Assembly (NCBI GenBank): GCA_963742735.1
Contig: CAVUMN010000004.1
Location: 768,001-832,000, forward strand
Reading direction: 5' to 3'
Length of the DNA: 64,000 nt
DNA from: an uncultured Actinomycetes bacterium
GTDB taxonomy: Bacteria; Actinomycetota; UBA4738; JBBDTT01
In this document: positions 38,735-49,103 of the stretch, piece after piece
How positions within the stretch are numbered: position 1 is the stretch's first letter
Layout of the letters: the number at the start of each line of letters is the position of its first letter
Notes under the pieces: generated by a model
What the model was told of the DNA's origin: nothing
The model's input: the letters and a program-made list of their open reading frames with translations, nothing else
Databases searched by the model: none
Translations under genes and position numbers: made by a program

Positions 38735-39810
38735 ACGTCGTCGAGGCGCCCGGCCTCGGCTCGTACGTGGATCTCATCAAGGCTCGGTACCGCGACGATC
38801 CGTCGTGGGTGTTCCCCGACGTCGGGTTCCTCAAGGGGCTCCTGTCGGGACGGTCGGCGTTCCTGCGGCACGCCGAGGCCCGCGGGTTCGCGGCGCGTCG
38901 CGACGGCGACACGGTGGGGTTCGCGGTCGCCTTCGCCGACCCCCGGCTGCGGGAGAGGGCGGGCAGGCCCGTGGGCGCGGTGGGCTTCCTCGAGTGGCTG
39001 GATCCCGAGGCGCTGGGAGCGGTGACCGGCGCGGCGGGCGGCTGGCTTCGCGAGCGGGGCCTGACGGAGGCGTGGGCGCCGTTCAACGCCAACGGCTTCT
39101 TCGGGGCAGGGCTGCGCGAGGATCGCTTCGACGAGCCGCCGTTCCTGGGCTGCGCGCACGACCCGCCCGGCGCGGGGGAGGACCTGACGCGCGCGGGCTT
39201 CGAGCCGCTGACCCGCTACCTGGACTTCTCGGTGGACCTCACCGCCGACGCGTGGCGAGGGCCTTCGGCCGGCGCGGCGGGCGTGGAGTTCCGCGTGGTG
39301 AACCGCAAACGGTTCAAGGACGAGATCCGCACGTTCGTCTGGCTGCACAACGCGGCGTTCGCCGGGGTGTGGGGGGAGGCGCCGATCAGCGAGGAGGAGG
39401 GCGTCGAGCTGATGGGACCCTCCAGGCTGGCCGTGATCCCGTCGCTGTGGCAGTTCGCGGTGGCCGAGGGGCGCGACGTCGGCTTCGTCGTGTGCTTCCC
39501 CGACTTCAACGAAGTCCTGGCGCCGCACCGCACGCTCGTGACGTCGCCGAGCGGGGTGGCGAAGCTCGCCCTGCGGCGCAGGCGCGTGAAGAGCGTCGGG
39601 CTGTTCGCGGTCGGGGTCGATCCGGCGCTCCACGGCCGGGGGATCGGCACCGCGCTGGTGGCCCGGGCTTGCCGGGCGGCGGCGGACCTGGGATACCGTC
39701 GCCTGGAGTACGCGCTCGTGGCCGAGGACAACCGCGCCTCGCAGTCCACGATCGTGCGGTTCGGCGGCGAGCGGCACCGGACGTTCGGGATCTACGCGAA
39801 GACGCTCTAG
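38731..39810 (+). CDS. Tandem-GNAT acyltransferase (YghO / bacterial ceramide synthase-like)
   Basis: YRDDPSWV.P, GAVGFLE, WLRERG, PFN, FDEPP, HNAAF..VWG..P, FPDFNE, GVDP..HGRGIG, GYRRLE..V.EDN. Confidence 0.75.
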   Translation: MNVVEAPGLGSYVDLIKARYRDDPSWVFPDVGFLKGLLSGRSAFLRHAEARGFAARRDGDTVGFAVAFADPRLRERAGRPVGAVGFLEWLDPEALGAVTGAAGGWLRERGLTEAWAPFNANGFFGAGLREDRFDEPPFLGCAHDPPGAGEDLTRAGFEPLTRYLDFSVDLTADAWRGPSAGAAGVEFRVVNRKRFKDEIRTFVWLHNAAFAGVWGEAPISEEEGVELMGPSRLAVIPSLWQFAVAEGRDVGFVVCFPDFNEVLAPHRTLVTSPSGVAKLALRRRRVKSVGLFAVGVDPALHGRGIGTALVARACRAAADLGYRRLEYALVAEDNRASQSTIVRFGGERHRTFGIYAKTL

Positions 39811-39823
39811 GGAGGCTCGACTC

Positions 39824-41501
39824 ATGGAGGAAGGCCGGCAGCACGGAGGCTGGGCGGTCGCCCGGGCCCTGAAGGCGCTGGGTCAGGAGCGGCTGTTCGG
39901 CATGGCCGGGGGGTCACGTGATGCCCGTGTTCGACGGATGCCTGACCGAGGGGATCCCGGTGATCGACACCCGCCACGAGCAGGCCGCCGTGCACATGGC
40001 CGAGGGGTGGGCCACCTCGACCGGCGAGGCCGCGGTCGTCGCGGTGACCGCCGGCCCCGGCGCGACGAACGCCGCGACGGGCATCGTGAACGCGCAGCAG
40101 GCCGGCGCGCCGGTGGTCGTGTTCTGCGGCTCGACCGCCACCCACCTGGACCACAAGGGCGCGGTGCAGCAGCTCGACGCGACCGCGCTGTACTCCCACG
40201 TCGCGAAGTGGACGCGGTACGAGCGCGACCCCTCGCGCCTGGCGTCGTCCCTGGCCGAGGCCCTCCACCAGTCCCGGAGCGGCCGCCCGGGCGTGTCCAT
40301 CCTCCAGGTCCCGATGGACGTCCTGATGGCCGACGCCGTTCCGCAGGCGCCGTGGGAGGCCCCGGCCGATGCCCGCGGCGCCCCCGACCCGGCCGCGGTC
40401 GACGCCGCCGTGAAGGTCCTGGAGTCCGCCGAGCGGCCGGTGATCCTGGCAGGCGGCGGCGCGCACTGGTCGCGGGCCGGCGACGCCCTGCGCGCGTTCA
40501 CCGAGCGGACCGGCATCCCGGTCACCACGACCAGCGCGGCGCGCGGGCTGCTGCCCGACATCCACCCGAACTGCCTGGGCTATCTGCTGCACGGCGGCAT
40601 GGCCGTGGTGGGCGGCGACGCGATCCTGATCCTCGGCTCGCGGTTCAACGCGAACCTCGTCTACGGCGGCCCCCCGATGTTCAACGAGGCCCACCGGGTC
40701 GTGCAGGTCGACGTGACCGCGGAGGGCCTCGGCGGCTGGAAGGCGGTCGAGGTCGGCATGGTCGCCGACGTCCGGCTGGCCCTGGAGGCGCTGACCGCGG
40801 CCTGGACGGCGCCGCCGGCGAAGTTCGACGAGTGGCGCGGCCAGGTCATGGCCGCGGCGGAGATGTCGAAGGAGACCTGGCGCGGGTACTGGGAGCACCA
40901 CCCGCCGGGCCCGGCCCACCCCGGCCGCCTGGCCGCCGAGGCCGTCGCGGCGGGACGCGAGGTGTGCGGCGACGACATCACGTTCGTGGCCGACGGCGGG
41001 GACTGCCTCGTGTGGGCGCTCTCGGAGTTCCCGGCCCTGCACCCCGGCTCCGGCCTGCAGACCAGCACCGCGCTCGGGACGCTGGGCGTCGGCGTGCCCT
41101 TCGCCAACGCGGCGGCCCTGGCCCACGGCCACCCGGTGGTCGCGATCATCGGCGACGGCGCCTTCGGCCTGGCCGCGATGGAGCTCGACACGGCGGTGCG
41201 GCACGACCTGCCGGTCGTGATCTGCGTCTCGAACAACCACGTGTGGGGCGACGTCCGCAACGAGGCCCAGAACTGGTTCGGGAAGGGCCGGATCGTCGCC
41301 GCCGAGCTCCCCGGGACCGACTACGCGGCGCTGGCCCGCGCCCTGGGCGCGCACGGCGAGCGCGCGGAGACGCCGGAGGAGATCCGCCCGGCGGTGGAGC
41401 GGGCCCTGCGGACCGGCGGCCCCGCGCTGGTGGACGTGGAGACCGACCCCGAGGTCATGTCCGACCTGCTGAAGGGCCTCGCCGAGATGGGGCTCATGTA
41501 G
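39824..41501 (+). CDS. Thiamine diphosphate-dependent enzyme (acetolactate synthase / 2-hydroxyacyl-CoA lyase family), one frameshift near 39910
   Basis: RHEQAAVHMAEG, TAGPG, GTLGVG and GDGAFG..NN. The N-terminus (HGGWAVARALK..LFGMAGG) is in another frame, shifted in a G-run. Confidence 0.88.
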
Positions 41502-41505
41502 CCGG

Positions 41506-43146
41506 ATGGCCGACCTCTCCTACGACGTCGCGGTCATCGGCGCGGGTCACAACGGGCTGACCCTCGGGACGTACCTGCAGCGGGCCGGCCTGTCGGTCGG
41601 GGATCTTCGATCTGGCGAAGAACATCGGCGGAGGGCGCGTCGACCGAGGAGGTCACCCTCCCCGGGTTCACGCCACAACCTGCACTCGATGCTGCACTAC
41701 TGGATCTCGCACGGCCCGGTGTACTCGGAGCTGGACCTGCCGGCGAAGGGCCATCGCTACGTCTATCCCGACGCCCAGTACGCGATCGTGTTCAAGGACG
41801 GCCGGTCGCTCGTCCTGTACAAGGACCTCGAGCGCACGTGCGAGCAGATCGCGCGGTTCTCTCGGCGCGACGCGGAGGCGTACCGCGACCTGTACACGCG
41901 CTTCGAGGCGATGCTGCCCGCTGCTCATGGAGGCGTCGTTCCAGCCGCCGATGGCGCCCTCGACCGCGGGCCGGTTCCTGGAGGGGACGCCGGACGGCCT
42001 GGAGCTGTTGCGGATGCAGGCGTCGTCTCCGCGGACCTTGTGCAACGAGACGTTCGAGTCCGACGAGGTCAAGGCGTGGATCGCGCTGATGGTGGCCCAG
42101 GCGGGCCACCCGTGGGACGTCGAGGGCGCCTCGTTCATGGTCATCGGCTCGTTCGCCGGCGTGCACGCTGTGGCCGTTCGGGCTGTCGGTGGGCGGATCG
42201 CGCGAGCTGGCGGAGGCCATGGGCCGCGGGTTCCGCGAGGCGGGCGGGGAGATCCACACCGAGTCCGCGGTCGACCGGATCGTCCTGGAGGGCGGCCGGG
42301 CCACGGGCCTGGTGCTGCGCGACGGCCGGACCGTCGAGGCCCGTCGCGCGGTGGCGTCGAGCGTCGAGGTCCGCCCCACGATGCTCGAGCTGGTCGGCGA
42401 GCAGAACCTGGATCCGGAGTTCGTCGCGCAAGGTCCGCCGGTACAAGTCGGACGCGATCGTGCTGTTCACCCCGCACCTCGCGCTGAACGAGGCCCCCGC
42501 GTACACGGCCGCGGAGACGAACCCGGACGTCGCGAACGCGTTCGCCGTCGGGTGGGGCGTGGAGTCCGACCGAGGAGATGGAGTCGCAGTTCGCCGACGC
42601 CCGCGCTGGGCGGCTGCCGTCCCGGCCGGGCGGGCATGAGCTTCGCGCCGACGGTGCTGGATCCCATCGCAGGCTCCGCCCGGGCAAGCACACCGCGTTC
42701 GTGTGGCAGCTCACGACGTATCACCTGCGCGAGACCGGATGGGACGACGCAAAAGCCGCGCTCGGAGAGCGCCCTGATCGAGGAGTGGCGCGCGGTACGC
42801 CCCGAACCTCACGCCGGAGAACGTGCTGGCGCGCTTCGACTACTCGCCGCTCGACATCGAGCGCTCCAACCCGTCGATGGTCGAGGGCGGCGCGGTTCAC
42901 GGCGACATCTCTCCGGACCAGATGGGCCCGTTCCGTCCGATCCCCGGATGGAACTACCGGATGCCGGTGGAGGGCCTGTACCTGTGCGGCGGCTCGACCC
43001 ATCCGATGGGCGGCGTGATCGGCGCCTGCGGGCGGAACGCGGCGACGGTCCTGGCCGACGACCTCGGCGTGGAGCGGTGGTGGAAGCTCCCCACCGAGCA
43101 GCCGGGCAGCGTGTGGGCCGCGCTCGCCCAGTCGCCCGTGCCGTGA
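41506..43146 (+). CDS. Phytoene dehydrogenase-like FAD oxidoreductase, multiply frameshifted
   Basis: IGAGHNGL, EEVTLPGF, GGSRELAEA, SPLDIER.NPSM and GLYLCGGSTHPMGGV.G..GRNAA are spread across three frames. Confidence 0.8.
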
Positions 43147-43844
43147 TCCTGCTGGAGACCCTGGCCCGCCGCTGGTATGTCGTCGCCTTCGTCCTGCTGT
43201 ACGTCGCGACCAGCGTGCCCGACCGGGGCTGGCGGGCGACGATCCGCTTCTACGTCATCGCCACGCTCGTCGCCTTCGCGGCCGAGTTCTCGAGCACCCG
43301 CAACGGCTTCCCGTTCAGCGACTACGCCTACACCGAGGCGACGCGCGGCGAGGAGCTCTACCTGTCGAACATCCCCGCGTTCGTCCCGTTCTCCTACGCC
43401 GTCATGATCTACGCGGGCCGCTCGCTCGGGGCGCGGCTGGCGCGCGCGGTCGGCGGGCTGCGGCTGGTGATCGCCGGCGCGCTGGCCACGATGGCCATCG
43501 ACGTCGTCGTGGACCCGATCGCGGTGCGCGGCGAGCAGTGGTTCCTGGGGGATCTGTTCGGCTACGCCAACGGCGACTGGTTCGGCGTGTCCTTCGGGAA
43601 CTTCGCCGGATGGGTCCTGGTTGCGGCGGTCGTCATCGCCCTGGACCTGCTGCTGGGGGGCCGCTCCGAAACTCAGCTCCCCCGCCGGGGTGTCCGACTC
43701 GCCGTGATCGTCCTGGCGTTCAACGTCGCGATCGGGCTGTGGATCGGGGCGACCCTCGCGGTGCTCGCCTCGGTGGCCGCCGCGGCGGGCGTGCTCCTGC
43801 TGATCCGCTGGCTGCTCCGGCCGCGGGTCGCCGTCTCCGCTTGA
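43143..43844 (+). CDS. Carotenoid biosynthesis protein (CruF/DUF422-like membrane hydratase)
   Basis: AEFSSTRNGFPF..YAYT, D..VDP.AV and FGVSFGNFAGW; GTGA overlap with the previous gene. Confidence 0.8.
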   Translation: MILLETLARRWYVVAFVLLYVATSVPDRGWRATIRFYVIATLVAFAAEFSSTRNGFPFSDYAYTEATRGEELYLSNIPAFVPFSYAVMIYAGRSLGARLARAVGGLRLVIAGALATMAIDVVVDPIAVRGEQWFLGDLFGYANGDWFGVSFGNFAGWVLVAAVVIALDLLLGGRSETQLPRRGVRLAVIVLAFNVAIGLWIGATLAVLASVAAAAGVLLLIRWLLRPRVAVSA

Positions 43845-43917
43845 GGGTCACCGCGGGGTCCGCGATTTGCACGGCCGTGGGCGGAGATCTCGCGGGGGAC
43901 GGCGAATATCTCCGACG

Positions 43918-45123
43918 ATGAACATTCCCCTGAACGCCCCCCGCTCCGCCCGCCTGGCCCTCGTCCTGCTGATGCTCGCCCTGACCGCAGCGCCCACGGC
44001 GGCAGCGGCCAAGCCGAAGGCCAGGCCCATGCGGCACGTGTTCGTGGTCGGGGCGGAGGGCGACAACCTCAACGTCTACGACGCGACCATGGGCTTCAAG
44101 AAGCAGACGGTCATCCGCAACCACGAGGTGGACCCAAAGGGCCTGAACATCAACGCCCAGATCTGCTTCTTCCCGCAGAGGTTCACCCCGGGCAACCAGA
44201 TCTGGTTCATCGCGGGCGAGGACACGGAGCAGGGCGGCGGCCGGCGCCAGGGGTGGGGGATCTTCCGCCTGACCGGCAGCCGGATCGGCAACTTCAGGGC
44301 GAAGATGATCGGCCGCCTCAGTCCGACCTTCCAGGAGCACGCGGTCAGCAACGTCGAGAACTACGGCTGCGGCTTCACGAAGGACGGGCGGGTCCTCACC
44401 ACCGACGTCGGCGACCAGTACCCGGGCTTCGACGGCAACGGCCAGCTGACGATGTACTACCCGCCCTACAACGACTTCGACGTGGACTACTGCAAGCTCG
44501 ACGTCGAGATCGCCACGGCCAGCGGGATGTACGTCGACCCGAAGACCGACGACATCTACGTGGCCAGCGCGCGCCCGGACGCCTTCCCGCCAGCGGTGTC
44601 CACGGGCGGGGTGTACCGATACTCCGGGCCGTACCCGAAGAAGCCGACGGCCGCGGCGGGCTGCGGCGCACAGGACGCCACCGGCGGCCCGATGGCCGAC
44701 GAGGTGAACAAGGAGCTGTTCATCGCGCCGGCGCCGTACTCGCTGAACGCGAGCGGCGTCGCCCGCTCGAAGACGGGGACGTTCTACGTGAGCAGCGTGT
44801 TCACCGGCCGGATCGACGAGTACGACGCGGAGGGCGGCCACCTTCGGTCGATCCTGGAGCCGCCACTGGGTGAGTTGCCGCCGTACTCCACCGGAACGCC
44901 CTACGGGATCGGTGTCGACTCCCGCGGGAACCTGTACTTCGCGGACCTCGGCATCGGGATCGGCCCACCCCCGGGGCCGGAGGACGACGCCGGCTCGGAG
45001 TTCGCGATCCGGTTCGACGCGGACGGCAACCCGTCGGAGCCGATCATGTTCGACGACGGCCTGGACTTCCCCGACGGCATCGGGATCCTCGAGCTGGTGG
45101 GCTCGAGGCAGGTCTACCCGTGA
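43918..45123 (+). CDS. Secreted beta-propeller protein (SMP-30/NHL-like)
   Basis: Signal peptide; YVSSVF, TPYGIGVD, YFADLG and FPDGIG; paralogous to the N-terminal half of 52974..55631. Confidence 0.75.
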   Translation: MNIPLNAPRSARLALVLLMLALTAAPTAAAAKPKARPMRHVFVVGAEGDNLNVYDATMGFKKQTVIRNHEVDPKGLNINAQICFFPQRFTPGNQIWFIAGEDTEQGGGRRQGWGIFRLTGSRIGNFRAKMIGRLSPTFQEHAVSNVENYGCGFTKDGRVLTTDVGDQYPGFDGNGQLTMYYPPYNDFDVDYCKLDVEIATASGMYVDPKTDDIYVASARPDAFPPAVSTGGVYRYSGPYPKKPTAAAGCGAQDATGGPMADEVNKELFIAPAPYSLNASGVARSKTGTFYVSSVFTGRIDEYDAEGGHLRSILEPPLGELPPYSTGTPYGIGVDSRGNLYFADLGIGIGPPPGPEDDAGSEFAIRFDADGNPSEPIMFDDGLDFPDGIGILELVGSRQVYP

Positions 45124-46214
45124 AGCGCCGGCTCGCCCTCGGGCTCATCCTCGGGCTCCTCGCCGGAGTGGTGCCGGCCGGACCGGCGTACGCGCTTGGG
45201 GAGGAGCCGCTGTGCGGGCACGCGATGGGGCGAAACGTCAGGAAAGCCACGGCCAGGACGCTCCGGGTGGCGCAGTTCAACGTCCTGCACGGGCAGTCCG
45301 ACACCGGCGCCGAGACCCTCGCGGCGCGGCTCAAGCTGCAGATCGACGTGCTGGCGAAAGCGCGGGTCGACGTCGTCGGGATGCAGGAGGTCTCGAAGAC
45401 CACGTCGCACGGGCTCGTGGTGGAGCGGCTGGCCGACGGCCTGGCCAAGCGGGTGGGGGGTCACTGGTACTGGTGCTGGTTCGCGTCGAACCCGCACTTC
45501 CCGCTGGAGCCAGACGTGCAGCCCGGCGGGGGCGGCGGTCCGTTCTCCGAGGTCATGGCGACGCAGGCTCGCAGCGGTGAGGCCGAGTTCCGGGAGGGCA
45601 TCGCGATCCTCAGCCGCCACGAGATCACCCACGCCCAGGTGCTGCGCGTCCGTCCCCGGAGCTACGAGGCCGTCGTGTGCGTGCCTCCGGACCCGATCGA
45701 CTGCAACGCGGCGGGCTTCTTCGACTCGCGCTCGGTGATGTGGGTGCGCATCGACGCGCCCTCGGGCCACGACGGCTACGACGTCTACACGACCCACATC
45801 GCCCACGGCCTCACGCCGCTGTCCGACACGACCAAGCTCCTGCAGACGCAGGAGGCGCTGGACTGGATCGACGGCAACGGGCAGGACGAGGCGACGCCCG
45901 ACGTCTTCGTCGGCGACTTCAACTCCGAGGAGGGTTCGGCCGTCCACGACGAGGTGACCGGCGCCGGCTGGACCGACACCTACCGTGCGGCCAACCGGAC
46001 GGCGAAGGGCTTCACGTCCGACCAGGACCCGCTGGCTCCGAGAGCCACGGTGAGCTCGCGCATCGACTACGTGTTCGCCCGTCCGGGCACGTGCGGGTTG
46101 AAGGTCCGGTCGAGCGCGGTGATCGCCAACAAGGTCTACCGGGTTGCCGGCAAGCCGCTGTGGCCGTCGGATCACTACGGGCTGGTCTCCGAGATCGCCT
46201 GCGGTCGCGCCTGA
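45120..46214 (+). CDS. Secreted endonuclease/exonuclease/phosphatase (EEP) family protein
   Basis: Signal peptide; QFNV, MQEV, TTH, GDFN, RIDYVF and PSDHYG. Confidence 0.88.
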   Translation: MKRRLALGLILGLLAGVVPAGPAYALGEEPLCGHAMGRNVRKATARTLRVAQFNVLHGQSDTGAETLAARLKLQIDVLAKARVDVVGMQEVSKTTSHGLVVERLADGLAKRVGGHWYWCWFASNPHFPLEPDVQPGGGGGPFSEVMATQARSGEAEFREGIAILSRHEITHAQVLRVRPRSYEAVVCVPPDPIDCNAAGFFDSRSVMWVRIDAPSGHDGYDVYTTHIAHGLTPLSDTTKLLQTQEALDWIDGNGQDEATPDVFVGDFNSEEGSAVHDEVTGAGWTDTYRAANRTAKGFTSDQDPLAPRATVSSRIDYVFARPGTCGLKVRSSAVIANKVYRVAGKPLWPSDHYGLVSEIACGRA

Positions 46215-46244
46215 TCACGATCCCCACCGGCTAGCATCGGTCGG

Positions 46245-47018
46245 GTGATCGAGCCCAGACGCGAGCGCCTGCGGTATCCCGAGCTCGACGTCTGGAGCGC
46301 GGGCGACGGCCCGCCGGTGGTCATGCTCCACGGCTGGGGGCTCTCCGGGCGCGCGTACCGCCCGTCGCTCTCCGCGCTCGGGGCCAGGGGCTACCGGGTG
46401 GTCGCGCCGTCGGTCGCCGTCCTGAACGACGGCTGGACCATGGCCCGGTTGGTGGATCGCACCGCCGACGCGCTCTACGCCTGTGGCGTCGCCCAGGCCA
46501 CGGTGGTCGGGCACTCCTTCGGGGGCGCCCTGGGCGTGGCCCTCGCGGTGCGGGAGCCCGAGCTGGTGTCCTCGCTGGTGCTGGTCGACGCGTTCGTCGT
46601 CTCGCCCGGGGCGCGGAACCTGGCGCGTATCGCCCTCCCCGGACCGCACTGGCGGATCGGAACCCTCGGCGCGACGGCGATGGCCCTGGGGCGATCGGCG
46701 GTCAGCGACGGCGGGCTACGGAGCCTGGCCCGCTCGGCCCGGTGGGTGCTGCGCCGGTCGCTGGAGGACGAGGCGTCCTCGCTCCGCGACCGCGGTATGC
46801 CCTCCGAGGTGCTGTGGGCGGAACGGGACACCCTGCTTCCGCTGTGGCTCGGGCAGCGCACCGCAGCCGCTCTGGGCGCGCCCCTCGAGGTGATCCCGCC
46901 GCGGCCGGACGGATGGCCCCTGGCGCGGGCGCCCGACCACGACTGGCCGATGCGCGCGCCGGCCTTCTTCGCGGAGCGCATCGACGCGGCGCTCCGCCGG
47001 CTCGGAGGTACGGCGTGA
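46245..47018 (+). CDS. Alpha/beta fold hydrolase
   Basis: LHGWG, nucleophile elbow GHSFGG, D in WAERDTLL, H in DHDWP. Confidence 0.85.
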   Translation: MIEPRRERLRYPELDVWSAGDGPPVVMLHGWGLSGRAYRPSLSALGARGYRVVAPSVAVLNDGWTMARLVDRTADALYACGVAQATVVGHSFGGALGVALAVREPELVSSLVLVDAFVVSPGARNLARIALPGPHWRIGTLGATAMALGRSAVSDGGLRSLARSARWVLRRSLEDEASSLRDRGMPSEVLWAERDTLLPLWLGQRTAAALGAPLEVIPPRPDGWPLARAPDHDWPMRAPAFFAERIDAALRRLGGTA

Positions 47019-47941
47019 CCGGCGCCGAGCCGCGCTGCATGGCGCGCCCGGGGGGCGGGGCGTGCACCCGCCGGCCCGCGCCCGGCAAGCCGTACTGCGC
47101 GGGACACCTGGGGCCGCTGCACGCCAGGTCGTGGTCGGACGTTCTGAGCGAGTGGGGCGGCGCGGCGAGCCGCACGGTTCGATCGCGAACGGGCCGGGGC
47201 GATCCGCCGCCGGAGGGGTTCGACCACGACCTGGTCGACGCCCTGCTGCCGATCGCCCTGCCGATCTACCGCTGGTACTGGCGCGTCGAGACCGACGGGA
47301 TCGAGAACATCCCGACCGAGGGGGCCGCCCTGCTTGCCTCCAATCACTCCGGGACGCTGCCCGTGGACGGCGCCATGCTGAAGGTGGCGATCCTGGTGGA
47401 GCACGGGCGCAACCCGTGGTTCCTGGCCGGCGACACCGTGTTCAAGTTCCCGGGGCTCCGCGAGCTGACCACCGCCGCGGGCAACGCCCGCGCCGACCGC
47501 GACTCGACCCTCGAGCTCCTGGAGCGCGGCGAGCTCGTCGGGGTGTTCCCGGAGGGGGAGAAGGGCCTCGGGAAGGGCTGGCGGCAGCGGTACAAGCCGG
47601 TGCGGTTCGGTCGCGGCGGCTTCGTGGAGCTGGCGATGCTCTCCGGCGCGCCGATCATCCCCACCGCCGTGGTGGGCGCCGAGGAGACGTTCCCGATGGT
47701 GGGCGACTTCCGGTTCCTGGCGCGGCGATTCGGCCTTCCGTACCTGCCGGTGGTCCTGAACCCGATCCCGTTCCCGTCGAAGTGGATCATCCTGTTCGGT
47801 GAGCCGATCCCCACCGCGCAGTACGGGCCGGAGGGGGTGGAGGACCGCCAACTGGTCCTGGAGCTCTCCGAGCTCACCCGCCAGACGGTGCAGGCGATGC
47901 TGCTCGACGGGCTCGCGCGTCGTCGTACGGCCTTCTTCTGA
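47015..47941 (+). CDS. Lysophospholipid acyltransferase (PlsC family) with N-terminal C3H zinc-finger-like motif
   Basis: NHSGTLPVD, FPEG, FGRGGF and PIIPTAVVGAEE. Confidence 0.88.
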   Translation: MTGAEPRCMARPGGGACTRRPAPGKPYCAGHLGPLHARSWSDVLSEWGGAASRTVRSRTGRGDPPPEGFDHDLVDALLPIALPIYRWYWRVETDGIENIPTEGAALLASNHSGTLPVDGAMLKVAILVEHGRNPWFLAGDTVFKFPGLRELTTAAGNARADRDSTLELLERGELVGVFPEGEKGLGKGWRQRYKPVRFGRGGFVELAMLSGAPIIPTAVVGAEETFPMVGDFRFLARRFGLPYLPVVLNPIPFPSKWIILFGEPIPTAQYGPEGVEDRQLVLELSELTRQTVQAMLLDGLARRRTAFF

Positions 47942-47972
47942 CGCCCGAAGCCCGCGATAGGCTGCGCGGGCG

Positions 47973-49103
47973 ATGGAGTTCGACCTCGACGACGATCAGC
48001 GGGCGCTGCGCGACGAGGCCCGCCGGTTCCTGGAGCGCGAGGCCCCGGTCGGCTACGCGCGGGAGATGCTCGAGGACCCGCGTGGCTGGCGCGACGACCT
48101 GTGGCGCAAGGCCGCCGACCTGGGGTGGACGGCGCTGCCGTTCCCCGAGGACGCCGGGGGCCTGGGCCAGGGGTTCGTGGCCCTCGCGATCCTGCTCGCG
48201 GAAATGGGCCGCGTCGTCCACCCCGGGCCGTTCCTCTCGACCGTGGTGCTGGCCGGGCACGCCGTCCTCGACGCGGGGACCGAGGCCCAGCGCAAGGAGA
48301 TCCTTCCGGCGATCGCGGCGGGCGACCTGATCGCGACCCTGGCGTTCGACGAATCGCCGGCCCGGTGGGACGAGGCGGGGGTGTCGCTGGAGGCGCGCGC
48401 GGACGGTGGCCGGTACCGCCTGACCGGGGAGAAGCGGTTCGTGACCGACGGCGCCGAGGCGCAGCGGCTAGTGGTTGCCGCCTGCGGGCCCGACGGCGTG
48501 GGGCTGTTCCTGACCGAGGGCCGCGAGGGCGTGACCGCGACGGCCGTCACGGCGATGGACCAGACGCGCAAGGCCGCCGACCTCACGTTCGCCGATGCCC
48601 CGGCGGAGCTGCTCGGCGAGCCGGGGTGGGACCGTGTGCAGCACGTCCTTGACCGGGCGGCGGTGGCGCTGGCCGCGGAGATGCTCGGCGGCGCCGAGCG
48701 CGTCCTGGAGCTCTCGGTGGAGTACGCGAAGGAGCGGGTCCAGTTCGACCGGCCGATCGGGAGCTTCCAGGCGGTGAAGCACCGCGCCGCGGAGATGCTC
48801 CTGGACGTCGAGTCGATCCGCAGCGCGGTCTACTACGCGGCCTGGGCGCTGGAGCGGGATCACGCCGACGCGTCCCTGGCCGCGTCGATGGCCAAGGCGT
48901 ATGCGTCCGACGCCTTCCGCCGCGTGGCCGCGAGCGGGATCCAGATCCACGGCGGGATCGGGTTCACCTGGGAGCACGACATGCACCTGTACTTCAAGCG
49001 GGCCAAGGGCTCCGAGGTCGCGTTCGGCGACGCGACGTGGCACCGCGAGCGGATGGCCGGCCTGCTCCGGGGCCGCTACGCCATCCCGGAGGGCGCGCGC
49101 TGA
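47973..49103 (+). CDS. Acyl-CoA dehydrogenase
   Basis: GEKRFV, R.QFDRPIGSFQAVKH and QIHGGIGFTWEHD. Confidence 0.93.
   Translation: MEFDLDDDQRALRDEARRFLEREAPVGYAREMLEDPRGWRDDLWRKAADLGWTALPFPEDAGGLGQGFVALAILLAEMGRVVHPGPFLSTVVLAGHAVLDAGTEAQRKEILPAIAAGDLIATLAFDESPARWDEAGVSLEARADGGRYRLTGEKRFVTDGAEAQRLVVAACGPDGVGLFLTEGREGVTATAVTAMDQTRKAADLTFADAPAELLGEPGWDRVQHVLDRAAVALAAEMLGGAERVLELSVEYAKERVQFDRPIGSFQAVKHRAAEMLLDVESIRSAVYYAAWALERDHADASLAASMAKAYASDAFRRVAASGIQIHGGIGFTWEHDMHLYFKRAKGSEVAFGDATWHRERMAGLLRGRYAIPEGAR

Noticed and set aside
41506-43844. Carotenoid biosynthesis cluster
   Set aside because: No phytoene synthase, GGPP synthase or cyclase is in the window, and the oxidoreductase belongs to a broad phytoene-dehydrogenase-like family with many non-carotenoid members.
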